From Chiloscyllium plagiosum (lineage: Eukaryota): DNA of 64,000 nucleotides. The position numbers were made by a program, and so were the translations under genes. Below the pieces are notes generated by a model that was not told where the DNA came from, made no database searches, and saw only the letters and a list, made by a program, of their open reading frames with translations. The stretch covers positions 17,517,558-17,581,557 of the forward strand of contig NC_057720.1 of assembly GCF_004010195.1 (NCBI RefSeq), written 5' to 3'. Positions 50,735 to 64,000 of the stretch are shown here, one piece after another (within the stretch, counting starts at the first letter, position 1; each line of letters starts with the position of its first letter).

Positions 50735-52895
50735 GTGACATCACGTCACGTGTACCGAGGCACAGTGAAAATCTTTGTCTTGTGAGTAATACAGATAGAT
50801 CACAGAGTTAAGTTGCATAGATAACTAAATAATGGGTAAACAGCAACAAAAACAACAAAAGGGGTACTGGTGAATGCTCAGAGTTTGAGTCCATTCAGTA
50901 TTCTAACAACATTGGGGTAGAAACTGTTTCAAAACCGGCTGGTGTGTGTTCAGGCTTCTGTACCTTCTCCCCGATGGTAGAGGTTGTAGAAAAACATTGC
51001 CGGGGTGGGATGGATCTTTAAGAATACTGGTGGCCTTTCCTTGACAGCGAGCCTGGTAGAGGGATTCTATAGATGGGAGGTTGGCCTTTGTGATCATCCG
51101 GCTGAGTTCACCACTCTCTAACTGTCTCTGATCTTGCATGGTACAGTTGCCATACCAGTTGCCCGAAACGTCGCTTAGCCTGCTGGACAAAATTTCCTCA
51201 TTCCTGAAGAAGGACTTATGCCTGAAACGTCGATTCTCCTGTTCCCTGGATGCTGCCTGACCTGCTGCGCTTTTCCAGCAACACATTTTCAGCTCTGATC
51301 TCCAGCATCTGCAGATCTTAATTTCTCCATACCAGGTAGTGATACATCCAGACAGAATGCCCTCTGGCACACCTATAAAATGTGGCAAGGGTATTCGGCC
51401 AAATTTCCTCACTGCCTGAGGAAGAAGAGATGTTGTTGGGCCTTTGTATCCAGTTTGTCCACATGAAGAGTCCAAGAAAGCTTGTTGTGGATGACCACTC
51501 CCAGGAGCTTGATGCTGTCCACTCGTTCTACCTCTGCACTGTTGATGTATAGGGGGCATGAGTAACATCCTGCCGAAAGTCAACAATGAGTTCCTTGGTT
51601 TTGCTAGTTTTGAGAGCTAGGTTGTTCTCAGTGCACTGTTTTTCCAGGTATTCCACCTCCCGTCTGTAGTCTGTTTCGTTGCCATCTGAGATTCAACGGA
51701 CTATGGTGTCATCAGTGAACTTGTAAATGGCATTGGTCTGGAATTTGTCGACGCAGTCATGGATTATACAGTGAGTACAGGAAGGGCTGAGTATGCACCC
51801 CTGGGGAGCTCCAGTGTTGAGTGTTAGTGAGGATGAAAATTTGTCGACGCAGTCATGGATATACAGTGAGTACAGGAAGGGCTGAGTATGCACCCCTGGG
51901 GGGCTCCAGTGTTGTGTTAGTGACAATGAAATATTGTCCCCAATCTTCGATGGTTGTGGCCTGTGGGTCAGGAAACTGAGGATCCAGTTGCAGAGTGGGG
52001 TTTAGTCCGAGATCACTAAGTTTAATAATCAGCCTCAAGGGGATAATAGTGTTGAAGATTGAACTGTAGTTAATGATTAGGATTCTTATGTAGCTGTTCT
52101 TGGTGTCAAGATGCTCTAGGGAGGAGTGAAGGCAAGTGATATAGGATCTGATGTGGATCTGTTGGTCCAATAGGCAAATTGGAGTGGGTCAAGAATAGTG
52201 GGGAGGCTGGAGTTGATTAATGCCATGACCACTGAAGTTAGGGCCACTGGGTGGTAGTCATTGAGACATGCTGCATGAGCCTTCTTAGGCACAAGGATGA
52301 TGTTGGCCCTCTTGAAACAGGCAGGGACAGTGGCCTACTGCAGGGAGAGGTTGAAGATGTCGGCAAAGACCCCTGCCAGTAGATCTGCACGTATTGAGTG
52401 CACAGCCTGGTACTCCGTCTAGTCCCATTCCATTTCTTGGATTCACACGAAGGAAAACTGATCTGACCTATGATGCAATGACTGTTGAGATAGGTTCATC
52501 AGGACTTTTCGGAATAGGTGTTACCTCTCTGCCGAAAATCTGCTCAAAGCGAGCATAAAAGGCGTTGAGACGATATGGAAGGGATCTGCTATCTTGCACT
52601 GTCTCTTTTTGTTTTTAAGAACCTGTGATGTCATTCAGTCCTTGCCATAGTCGCCAGATGTCTGTCTGGGTCTCTAGTTTGGTTCGATATTGGTCCTTGG
52701 CTGTCTTAATGGATCTGCAAAGGTCATACTTGGATTCCTCATGTTTGAGTGGGTCTCCTGATCTGAAGGCCTCACGCCTGGTTTTTAGCAGGTTCTATTT
52801 GTCCTGATTCATCCAGTGTTTCCTGTGGGGAACACCTGGATTGACTTCCTTGGTGTGCACTCAACCCCACATTTACTGATAAAGTCTGTGACTGA
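50735..52895 (-). mobile_element. Rex1/Babar-type LINE, ~2.1 kb, with a PLE tip (51160-51327) and internal tandem duplication
   Basis: [54 protein letters not shown] and DPSHPG motifs. Confidence 0.85.
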
Positions 52896-53477
52896 ATCTA
52901 AGAGCATTTTATTTTGACAGATATATATATAAATGATTGTAATAGTAGTTCAAAATAATGTGTAGGTTTTCTATTTATGCTCCCCCATCCTGCTGCCCCC
53001 AACAAAATCACTTACACTCAATTGAGTCAAAGAATAAACTTGAACTCAGAATGGCAGAGTTAGGCTTCATTGCTCGGAGGTGCCTATATTTGATTTTTCT
53101 TTTATTTGTGAAAAGAATCTAAGTGTCTGCTTAGATGTCTGAAATGTATGGATGCAAAAATAGAGAGAGTTGGTGACATAGACTCACAATGAGATTGAGA
53201 CTTTCACATTCTGTTCTCTTTAATGTTTAGTAACATTGATTTGAAAACTACATTTTTGTTCATTCTGATTACACAGTTATCAGTAGCTTTGTTTTGTGTA
53301 TTATAGTCGTTCATACTCTATAATGATCATTTATTCATTGTCGAGGATATAACTCTGCTATTCTTGTAATTAAAAGAGCCTACCAAGCTCTTGGAGACTT
53401 ATAGCTCACTGAATAAAGATTGTAACAAAATTCCTTGATTGAATGAAGTGATTTGTTCTATCTTTTTTCTTTTAAAG

Positions 53478-53681
53478 GATCCTTATCGATGGAAGCCAGA
53501 CAGATGTCACGTTCCATGTAGGAGCCGCTGTGTTCAGAGCTCACAAAGCTGTGCTGCTAGCAAGGGTCCCGGAGTTTTTCTTGCGCATTTCTGGAAAACA
53601 GTTGAACCAGGATACTCTGAACTGTCCACAAGTCATCAATGTAGAGAATTTCCGACCTTCACAATTTAAATGTTTTTTGCA
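53478..53681 (+). CDS. BTBD8: BTBD8 second coding exon (BTB/POZ domain start)
   Basis: tttaaag|G ATC…TTG CA|gtaagt, 204 bp, phase 2/2. Reads ILIDGSQTDVTFHVGAAVFRAHKAVLLARVPEFFLRISG…VENFRPSQFKCFLQ, a classic BTB motif closely resembling BTBD8. Confidence 0.9.
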
Positions 53682-55769
53682 GTAAGTTTTTCCACTTTTG
53701 CATTTGGGAAATGTGTTCTAGTGATAAACTTAATAGTCAATGCTATTTGAAAGACTTTCTGAACTATGCTGAGATCTTGCGATATCAAAACAATTAGCAT
53801 TTATCTCCTTCCCTAAGGATGTTCATTTATATATCATCTTTCACAATTTCCAATCATTCCAAAGTGCTTTTAAACTAGTTAATTATATCTAAAATGTAGT
53901 TATTGTTGTACTTTCTTTCACATGATGAATAATCATTTGGGTGCTGTGTCTTTGGAATCCTATCACAGTCCTGGGCAAGAAAATGGTATGTTTAAGGTAT
54001 ATATCCACATAGTTCCAAAACCAGCTCCACAGCTAAATACTGGCAATTATGAGCAATGATTAATTGGTCAAAAATAATTATCCTGGTTCAAGGATCATCT
54101 CTGTCTTGAGTATGGGCTCATTACTTAGGTCATTCTAAATTTAACTTTCACTTCTCTCATTGGCTGTGGACTTCAAATTTCTTACAAAACACGAGGTTCT
54201 GGGTGAGATTGTGTCTGGTAGATGCTGAGAGTTTGGGGAATTGAAAACGGGGGGCATGGTCTCAGAATAATATTTTGATCACTTAGAATTGTGAAGATTT
54301 TAAAATCTTTTTGGAATTCTCCGCTCCTGAGACTTTGTCATTGAGTCCTACAGTGAAACTTGATAGATTGTTAAATGTTTTCAAGGCTGAGACAGATGGA
54401 TTGTTGACCTGGAGGGATGATGAGATCTGGGAGTGGGGCAGAAAGAGGTGTGTCAAGACTAAAGATCAGCTGTGATGATATTGAAGCACACTCATGGGAC
54501 CATATAGTCCAATCCTCCTATTTCTTAGGTTCTTCTGAGATTGAAACACATTCTGGTTGGTGGAGAAAATCGGCATTATTTAAGTAGTTTGTGACATCTT
54601 TTGGGTTGATCCCTTTCTTTCTAATCCAGTAATCCAAATGTGAACTACTGTGGATACTGGACATCTGAAGTAAGAACAGAACTGGGGGAGATACTGAGAG
54701 ATTTACAGCATTACTGTTTTGTGGGTGATCCAGTTCTTTTTCTGATCAGCAGTGACATCCAGGGTCTTGGTATTGAATAAGTTGGCAGTTCTGCTATCGA
54801 AAGTCAGAAATCAATGAACTCTTTGTTTGAAATGTCTGTAATTGTCTATTTGTTAGCTTGATCTGTATGTTATCCAGACTCCACTGCTGGAGGGAGTTTT
54901 GGGTGGAGATGCTAGATAATCTCTGGGAATCACTGTCACTGCTCATTCTTGGAAACACAGCAAACCTTGTATCCCATTGATGCAGAGTGCACCTTTTCCT
55001 AAAGAATATCTACTTGCGTGTCTTTTTTTTAAATTAACATTTTTTTTCTAATCCACCTATTCAGAGATGTTATTACACTCCTCTGGAGAAGATGAGACTT
55101 GAACCTGGGCCTCCTGGGACACTAGCATTGCATCACGAGGGCCCTACGACTTGAGTGGAAACCCATCCCATTTATTGTGATTGGGTGTGAGTGTCTGTGG
55201 TCACTAAATAACCAGCAGTCCTGTATCTCCCGAATGTATACTGAAATATGTTGCTGAGTGAGCACTTGCTAGCCTTGATAGATGTGCACTGTCTCATGTA
55301 CCGGTCTGTCCCTCTGTGTTCTGCTCAGCTGATATTTGAACTTGCCTATCTCATTACATGCGCATTGAGTAATGGGTCACAAAGTAGTCAACCCACCCAT
55401 GGGGTTAATATAGACATCCACTCTGCGTATCAGCTTTCTAAAATGTTGTGCGAGAGCTCTTCCTTCTGTGGAAGGCAGACTGAATAACAATCTATCAAAA
55501 TAGGAGCAGCTCCAAGCTGCTTAGTTGTATAGAAGTCACTGAACAGAATGCTGTTTTTACAGTGATGTGCAATCAATTCTGTTTTGCTCAGCATGGACCA
55601 GTTTGTGCCAAAAACCCTGCCTCTGTGCTGTAGGACTCTATTAACAGTGGAAAGTAAAACCAGTGCAAAGACTTTCCTCTGAATGTGAGTTCACTTCAGT
55701 GAAGCTGGTTTGGATTTTTCTTTATAAAATGCTGACTGTTTTTCTGCTGACCTTGATCAGCTTGCTCTG

Positions 55770-56992
55770 GATCAGCGGTGCTGGAAGAGCACAGCAATTC
55801 GGGCAGCATCCGACGAGCAGCAAAATCGATGTTTCGGGCAAAAGCCTTTCACCAGGAATAAAGGCAGAGAGCCTGAAGCATGGAGAGATAAGCTAGAGGA
55901 GAGTGGGGGTGGGGAGAAAGTAGCATAGAGTACAATAGGTGAGTGGGGGAGGAGATGAAGGTGATAGGTCAGGGAGGAGAGGGTGGAGTGGATAGGTGGA
56001 AAAGGAGCTAGGCAGGTCGGACAAGTCCGGANNNNNNNNNNNNNNNNNNNNNNNNNNNNNNNNNNNNNNNNNNNNNNNNNNNNNNNNNNNNNNNNNNNNN
56101 NNNNNNNNNNNNNNNNNNNNNNNNNNNNNNNNNNNNNNNNNNNNNNNNNNNNNNNNNNNNNNNNNNNNNNNNNNNNNNNNNNNNNNNNNNNNNNNNNNNN
56201 NNNNNNNNNNNNNNNNNNNNNNNNNNNNNNNNNNNNNNNNNNNNNNNNNNNNNNNNNNNNNNNNNNNNNNNNNNNNNNNNNNNNNNNNNNNNNNNNNNNN
56301 NNNNNNNNNNNNNNNNNNNNNNNNNNNNNNNNNNNNNNNNNNNNNNNNNNNNNNNNNNNNNNNNNNNNNNNNNNNNNNNNNNNNNNNNNNNNNNNNNNNN
56401 NNNNNNNNNNNNNNNNNNNNNNNNNNNNNNNNNNNNNNNNNNNNNNNNNNNNNNNNNNNNNNNNNNNNNNNNNNNNNNNNNNNNNNNNNNNNNNNNNNNN
56501 NNNNNNNNNNNNNNNNNNNNNNNNNNNNNNNNNNNNNNNNNNNNNNNNNNNNNNNNNNNNNNNNNNNNNNNNNNNNNNNNNNNNNNNNNNNNNNNNNNNN
56601 NNNNNNNNNNNNNNNNNNNNNNNNNNNNNNNNNNNNNNNNNNNNNNNNNNNNNNNNNNNNNNNNNNNNNNNNNNNNNNNNNNNNNNNNNNNNNNNNNNNN
56701 NNNNNNNNNNNNNNNNNNNNNNNNNNNNNNNNNNNNNNNNNNNNNNNNNNNNNNNNNNNNNNNNNNNNNNNNNNNNNNNNNNNNNNNNNNNNNNNNNNNN
56801 NNNNNNNNNNNNNNNNNNNNNNNNNNNNNNNNNNNNNNNNNNNNNNNNNNNNNNNNNNNNNGCGGAGGCGGAGGAATTGGGAATACGGGATGGCATTTTT
56901 GCAAGAGATAGAGTGGGAAGAGGTGTAATCCAGGTAGCTGTGGGAGTCGGTGGGTTTGTAAAAAATGTCAGTGTCAAGTCGGTCGTCACTAA
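55770..56992 (-). mobile_element. Young Penelope-like element spanning an assembly gap (56032-56861)
   Basis: Terminal repeat at 55770-55860; RT C-terminal-like sequence at 56863-56990 resembles 11750-11900. Confidence 0.75.
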
Positions 56993-57024
56993 TGGAGCTT
57001 GCTGTCCATTATGTCAAGAATGTA

Positions 57025-57346
57025 TGGGCGGCACGGTGGCACAGTGGTTAGCACTGCTGCCTCACAGCGCCTGAGACCCGGGTTCAATTCCCGCCTCAGG
57101 CGACTGACTGTGTGGAGTTTGCGCGTTCTCCCCGTGTCTGCGTGGGTTTCCTCCGGGTGCTCCGGTTTCCTCCCACAGTCCAAAAAAAGATGTGCAGGGT
57201 CAGGTGAATTGGCCATGCTAAATTGCCCGTAGTGTTAGGTAAGGGGTAAATGTAGGGGTATGGGTGGGTTTCGCTTCGGCGGGTCGGTGTGGACTTGTTG
57301 GGCCGAAGGGCCTGTTTCCACACTGTAATGTAATCTAATCTAATCT
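57025..57346 (+). mobile_element. V-SINE/HE1-type SINE, full length, young
   Basis: Intact A/B boxes, V-domain and (taatc)n tail. Confidence 0.92.
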
Positions 57347-58791
57347 TAAAAAAAAGTGTGCTGATGAGAAAAGATTTTTCTGCCCTTTGCTCCAAGCATC
57401 TCCACAAGGGATCAAAGGTTGCTGCATTTTATTGTTTGTACAAAAGACTGCTTAAAATCTGGATACCCAGCTCACAAACACCTGGATCTTCAGCTGTTGC
57501 AAGTCAGGACAATGTGTGACTTGAGGGGAGCTCTGTATTTCTGCTGCCCTTGGTCTTCCAGCTGGGAAGAAGTTGTAGGTTTGGGAGTTGCTGTCTAAGG
57601 AGCCTTGGCAAGTTGCTCCAAGACATTTCGTAGATGTACAGACTACTGCCACTGGTGGAGGGAATGAATGATTGACAACAGGATCTGCCCTGAGCAATAG
57701 ATGTCAGTGATGGGTAGATTGGAGATGATGTGGTCAAATAGCTGCTTTTCTTACAGCAGGTCCACTCTGGCAAATATGACCTTTACCTATCTGGTTCAGT
57801 CAGTACTGCAAGGCAATCCTTGGTGATGGCCATTAAAGTTGCTTATCCAGAGAACATTGTGTACTCAAATTTACAGCAACGAGAATAGCTAAACAGGAAG
57901 AGTACTGATTCATTAGCTGAGGTTGCCAGTAGAGGCGATTATAGTGGGATGGTGATGTAGCAGTGTTGAACATTTAGACTGTACAGTATCATGCTGCATC
58001 AGTGACTACCCAGCTGTTGCTTGATTTAGTTTATGAAGTAGCTTGCCAATGTTAAGGCAACCCCCACCCACCCACAACCGAAGTGTTAGGATGACTTTGC
58101 AGGATTGCACCTTTGTTACCCTGGAGCCCAGATTAATGATAGTTGGCCTATTTGTTTCTAATCTTAGACATTTTCATTGCAGTTCGACATAATTGGCTTG
58201 CTACAAACAAAACTGAAATACTGCATTTGCTGGACATCCAAAATAAAAACCGAACCATGATGAAGTTTCATCATAACTGCGTCATTGACCAAAACATTAA
58301 CTCTGTTGCTTGGTGTACTAAGTATTTTCTATTGAGTGCATTCCTTGGCCATTTCAGTAGACAGGTTTTAGAAAACAAGTTGTTGGTCTGGGATCTCAGA
58401 CCAGGTCAGTAAAAACAGGAGGTTTCCTTTGCTGAAGGACATTTTCTGAACCAGATGGGCTTTTACAACAATGTGCTACCTTAGTTATTTTAATCAGGCT
58501 GCCTGCACATGTTATGACACAGCTCAGGGACTTGAACCTAGACCTTCTGACTCAGAGGTAGGGACACTACCACTGTCCCAAAGCCCTTTTCATGCTCCTC
58601 ACTACTGAGTCTCTTTCACTGTGGACTGCTTTACCTGATTGAAGTTAGTTGTTGCAGCCTGCAGTGGTGGTGTTTAATCAACTTTTGTTCTTGGAGGTCT
58701 TTGTTTTTAGAAACTATTTTATATTTGGTGCTTTTATTTTTATATCATGAAAAGTATAAATCATAGCAAAATTAATTGATGTCCCAGAAAC

Positions 58792-59240
58792 CAAGATGGT
58801 AGAGTGATTGTGTAACTGGCTTAGTAAGCTGCAGAGGGCAAGCCTCAGGAGACAGGGTTTCAGGTTCCAGTACAGCCACTGGGAAATGGAAATGCAAATT
58901 CAGTGAATGAATAAATCATGATGATTGACAGTGATGATGAAATAAATTGTTGTAAATTTAATCTGTTAAGTAAGTAATGTTGCGCAGGGGAAGGAAATTT
59001 GGTCTGAGCTAATTAAGACTCCAAAGCCACAGCATTGTAATTGTATCTGCAGAAGAGTCATACTGTACTCAAGCCCTCTGTTAACTCTATGTATCCACAG
59101 ATGCTGCCAGACCCACTGAGCTTCTTCAGCACTTCCTCTATTTGTTTGTGCCAACCCTGTAGATAGACTATGGTTCAAGGGCAATTCAGGATGGGCAGCA
59201 AATGGTGATTATCCTCAGGTTCTCACATCCCTGCAAGAGT
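58792..59240 (+). mobile_element. Deu-type (SacSINE-like) SINE, decayed
   Basis: tRNA-like head, ggggaaggaaattt…gactccaaagccacagca central block, and gggcaattcaggatgggca tail. Confidence 0.5.
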
Positions 59241-59424
59241 CTTATTTCGCTATCTCCAATTGGAATGGTATTGCAATATGCACTGCAGAAATTCACCAAA
59301 GATGCTTAGACAGCACCTTTCAAACCCACTACCAGTTCATCTAGAAGGACAACGACAGCAGATACATGGGAGCACCATTATCTGCAACTTCCCCTCCAAG
59401 CCATTCACCATCCCGACTTGGAAA

Positions 59425-59985
59425 TAGAACAAAGAAAATTTACAGCCCAGGAACAGGCCCTTGGTCCCTCCAAGCCTGTGCCGATCCAAATCCACTGTGT
59501 AAACGTATCGCCCAATTCCTGAGGATCTGTATCCCTCCGCTCCCCACCTACTCATGCATCTGTCCAGATGCACTTTAAATGAATCTACCGTGCCTGCCTC
59601 TACTACCTCTGCTGCCAATGCATTCCAGGCACCAACCACCCTCTGTGTAAAGTACTTTCTGCGTGTATCCCCCTTAAACATTTTTCCTCTCACCTTTGAC
59701 GTGTGACTTCTCGTTATTGAATCCCTCATCCTGGGGAAAAAGCTTATCTCTATCCACCCTGTCTATACCCTTCATGACTTTGTAAACATCAATCAGGTAC
59801 CCCCCCCAATCTCCTTTTTTTTTTCTAATGAAAGCAATCCTAACCTACTCCACATCTCTTCATAGTTAGCACCTTTCATACCAGGCAACATCCTCGTAAA
59901 CCTTCTCTGCACCCTGTCCAAAGTGTCCACATCCTTTTGGTAATGTGGCGACCAGAACTGCACACAGTATTCTAAATGTGACTGT
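59425..59985 (-). mobile_element. CR1 LINE 3' fragment
   Basis: HLEYCVQFWSPHYQKDV…TQRVVGAWNALAAEVVEAGT. Confidence 0.85.
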
Positions 59986-61402
59986 ACCAAATATCACCAT
60001 TCCTTCACTGTCACTGGGTCAAAATCCTGGCATTACCTCCCTTGGGGCAGTGGTTCAAGAAGGCAGTTCACCACCTTCTCAAGGGCAGCTGGAACTGGGC
60101 AGTAAATGCTGGCCAGGTAGTAACGGCCAGGTCCCCGGTAAGTGAATTTAAAAAAAAAATGCAAGTCAACATTTTTTTTTAATACAGTGGTGATAACTGT
60201 GGCCAAAACACATTCATAGTGGGAGCCCTTCTGATTTGTTAAAACCTTTTTAGGAAAGGGCATCTGACATCCTTAACCAGACTGGCCTAAATGTAGCCCA
60301 AAGTCTCAAATGTGGTTGACTCTTAATTTCTCTATGAAATGTGGATGCTCCATCACTGAGATTATTCCAGGCTGACAGTTAGATTTATTTTCTGAGGGAA
60401 TCTGGAGATTTGGGAGGGAGCAGGAAAGTGGAATTGAGATCTGCCATTATGCTATAGAGTTATGGAATAGACTTAAGGATCTTTTGACATTAGCATGTGA
60501 TATGTACTTTCTGTAAGGGCCAGGAAGCATTCAAACAAAAATGGCCAGGGATTTGAGTAAGGTTTTCCCCTAAACATCTTGACTGTCCATCCCAACACTT
60601 ATTGTTGCGTCCCCTTTCTATGCCCCTCGTCTCTCTTTGGGTCAATTCAGGTTAAGAAAGACATTGAATTAATTCTGGAACAGGTCTAGATCAACATCCA
60701 GAGGCACTGAGGGTTGGAACAGCTCAGAGATTTCCACTTGTGTAATAGTCCAACCTATAAATGTAATCCTCAAATTTAGAGTTACAAAGCCCTCCTCTGA
60801 GGAATAGGTAAAACCTTCACCATTATCCATCTAAATTGAGGGCAAGCAGTGCTAGAGCCTGCTTATCCTCGATGAACAGAACCAAATGAAATGTTGGAGC
60901 ACCAAGACTTTGGTCTCCTATGTCATTTACTGCCACCCCTCTCACACACTACGTCCACCCTACCTATACACACACTCATTCCTCTCATGAAAAGGAGCAC
61001 TGAATTGGGTGAGTGCTGTACGTAATAAATCTTCCTCTGTTCACAGCACCAGAGTTGCAGTGCTCCATATCAGTACTCACATCACACTCTCTTCTGCATT
61101 GTATTACTAATTTAGATTAATTTACGCAGAGTATACCTTGCGTCAATTAAGTTCTGAATAAAGCTGGTAAAACTAATCTTCCATGAAACCACTAGTTGAA
61201 GATATCTGTCTCTTTTACGGTAGCTTGATTTAGAATTTGTAATAACCTGAAAACTGTGGGCAATTCATAAAATGAGACCTAAATAGCTCCTCTATCAAGA
61301 AGATCTATTCTGGCGCCAGTTTTTCAATATTTTAGACATGCTTCCTGATCAGTAATCTTAAAATTATGCTTGAGTGCAGGGAGATAATGCATATTAAATT
61401 TG

Positions 61403-61732
61403 TTTGATTTAGATAGATTAGATTACTTGCAGCATGGAAATAGGCCCTTTGACCCAACAAGTCCACACCGACCCTCTGAAGGGCAATCCACCCAGACCCA
61501 TTCCCCTACATTGACCTCTTCACCTAACACTATAGGCAATTTAACATGGCCAATTCACCTAAACTGCACATCTTTGGACTGTGGGAGGAAACCGGAGCAC
61601 CCGGAGGAAACCCATGCAGACACTGGGAGAATGTGCGAACTCCACAAAGGCAGTTGCCCAAGGCGGGAATTGAACCCAGGTCTCTGGTGCTGTGAGGCAG
61701 CAGTGCTAACCACTGTGCCACCGTGCTGCCCA
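61403..61732 (-). mobile_element. V-SINE/HE1-type SINE
   Basis: Reverse complement of a full SINE. Confidence 0.9.
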
Positions 61733-62643
61733 TAGTGCTTAATATTGTTTTAAACTTTGAGAGGAAAAACTTTTGAGTACATTGTTTGGACAAACTACAT
61801 ATAAGCCAAGCAAAGTGCAGCACAGTTAATGAAGCACTGATTTTAAATGTTTAAATGTGGTTTTGGTTACAGCACCTGAATTACTTTTGTTCCACTGGTG
61901 TTCAAGTAGAGAGAACTTTGGGGACTGAGATTCTTGGAGTCCATATTGGAAAGGTGGAATTCATTGTCTGTTCTGGGGCAGGTTGAGGAACTGCCATTGA
62001 CAGATCCCTGTGGACAGCAGTGTTGTGCTGATGGAGAGCTGCACTTTTCACATCCTTCTAGATATTTAAGATACTGCCTTTTGATGTATAAAAGAGACCA
62101 TATAAATATAATAACCTAAGATTCTTCACAGGAGCATTATAAAACAAAGTAAGACACGATGCAACTTAAGGAAATATTAGGCCAGACATTCAGAAAACTT
62201 AGAGATTTTAACAGCATGAAAAGAGGCCCTTCAGTCCATGTCTGTATTGGTCATCAAACATCCATCTCTTCTATTCCCATTTTCCACCACTTGGCCCATC
62301 GTGTTTTATGCAATAGCATTTTAAATGCACATCTAAATGGTTCTTCAATGTCTTTAGTGCTCCAACCTCTACTATGCTTTTGGATAATGGGTTCCAGATA
62401 CCTATGACCTCTAGGTGAATTTATATTTTCCCTTCTAATCCCTTTTAAACCTCCAGCTCCTTCCCTTAAAACTATACCCCCTGGTTATTGACTCTTTCAC
62501 TATGGGGAGCAGTTATTTCCAATGTACCTTATACGCTCTCTGCTTTGTACACCATAGAGAGCAATTGGGCTGAGGCATCTGTAGGTATGGTAGCCAATGA
62601 TGGAACAATCGAAATGATGTGGGGTAGGGTGCTCAAGAGACCA

Positions 62644-62772
62644 GGAGAAAGTGAGGACTGCAAATGCTGGAGATCAGAGCTGAAAAATGTGTTGCTGGAA
62701 AAGCGCAGCAGGTCAGGTAGCATCCAAGGAGCAGGAGAATCGACGTTTCGGGCATAAGCCCTTCTTCAGGAA
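62644..62772 (-). mobile_element. Penelope-like terminal fragment with intact minimal hammerhead core and 14-bp TSD
   Basis: tgctcaagagacca at 62630-62643 and 62773-62786. Minus strand reads CTGAAGA-aGGGC-ttat-GCCC-GAAACGTC. Confidence 0.82.
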
Positions 62773-63534
62773 TGCTCAAGAGACCACAATTAAAGGAGCT
62801 ACAATATGCAGGCTATGGGAAAGAGTGAGGGAATTGAGGAATTTGGAAAAAGGAGTAGAGACATTTTGTGATTGTGAGTTAGTGAACATGAGAGTTGGGT
62901 GGTGGGGAGCTGGTGTCAGTTAAGACATGGGGAAGGGAGTTTTGGTGACTTTGAGTTTACAAAGTATAGAATGAGCAAGAAGCCATCAGGATTTGTCACC
63001 AGCATTGGAATAGTTCAGTTCAAAGGCACCCAAGTCCTGAATAAGAATTTCAGCAGATGAGCTGAGACAGGCAACATCTAGTGGTGATATTGAGGTGGAA
63101 TAGGGATTTTGCCGCAGAAAGGTGGTGATAAACTCCTTTCTGTTTGACTGACACCAAGATCGCAAAGAGACTGGATCAATCTTTGTTTCCAGGAGGATGG
63201 AATCAGCAGCTGGGAAGTGGAGCTTGGAATGGGATCTGAAAACAATGGTTATAGTTTTCCTGCTTTTTCTTATTTAGAAGAAATTTCTAGTGATCTTATT
63301 TGTGATGAGCAACCTAATAATTGAGCAACAGTAGAAGATTGAGGGTAATGGCCATGTGTAAACTAACCCTGTTTCTTTTAGATGATGTTGCTGAGGGGCA
63401 GCATGCAGTTTGGAAATAGGAGGTCACTAAGCATAGATTCCTGAGAGATACCAGGCACCAATGGTGTAGCAGTAAGAAGAGAAGTGAATGCAAGTTATTT
63501 TCTTCCTATACAAGTCGATCAGAATGGAACCGAG

Positions 63535-63820
63535 TAATTAGATTTCCTACAGTGTGGAAACAGACCCTTTGGCCCAACCAGTCCACATCAACCCACTGAA
63601 GAGTAACCCACCCAGACCCATTTCCCTCTGACTAATGCACCTAACGCTATGGGCAACGTATCATGGCCAGTTCACCTGACCTGCACATCTTTGGACTGTG
63701 GGAGGAAACCGGAGCACCCGGAGGAAACCCATGCAGACATGGTGAGAATTATGCCAACTCCACACAGACAGTCACCCGAGGCTGGAATCGAACCTAACTA
63801 CTGAGACACCATGCCGCCCC
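63535..63820 (-). mobile_element. V-SINE/HE1-type SINE
   Basis: Reverse V-domain and tail; head partly deleted. Confidence 0.85.
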
Positions 63821-64000
63821 AATTGTATTCCCATCTAGCTGGAAGACTCGAGGTGTTGAAGGTGGTGGGAGGTTGACCACTTTATAGGCTTCAGACAGAT
63901 CACGAAAGAAATTTTTAACTTTATCTTGTGTTTTGAAGCATTGTCTGCTTCAAGCTAACTTTAAAATGAAGTTTGGACTTTTCCAATGGAAAGAGAATGC

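Noticed and set aside
53439..53669. Listed 76-aa ORF over the BTBD8 exon
   Set aside because: Wrong frame; the BTB motif is in another frame bounded by splice sites.
57025..57100. tRNA-like sequences with A/B boxes (also 41279, 23320, 61660-61732)
   Set aside because: They are SINE heads continuous with the V-domain and CR1 tail, not tRNA genes.
53682..64000. Search for BTBD8 coding exon 3
   Set aside because: No convincing phase-2 exon with BTBD8 similarity was seen; it probably lies beyond the window, though this exon is poorly conserved and could be missed.

Overview
Vertebrate genomic DNA, almost certainly from a shark or other elasmobranch: it carries HE1/V-SINE-type SINEs, HER1-like CR1 LINEs, Deu-type SINEs and Penelope-like elements, and has four assembly gaps. 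Two host genes are visible on the + strand. One is the last coding exon of EPHX4 (19790-20012). The other is the 5' end of BTBD8: a CpG-rich promoter at ~44.5-45.0 kb and coding exons at 49018-49154 and 53478-53681 encoding the start of the BTB domain. This is the same EPHX4-BTBD8 order as in mammals. Most of the rest is decayed, often nested transposable elements: CR1, a second CR1/L2-group LINE, Rex1/Babar, Penelope-like elements with hammerhead-ribozyme motifs, Tx1-like LINE 3' ends, Harbinger-like Myb/SANT remnants, a solo LTR and SINEs. The most striking structure is at 9.9-11.75 kb. A solo LTR has its TATA-box 13-mer repeated seven times, with six A-tailed Tx1-like or LTR-derived inserts stacked between the copies. 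This suggests a Tx1-clade retrotransposon that repeatedly targets the promoter of another transposon. All family assignments come from pattern recognition, not database searches, and repeat boundaries are approximate.
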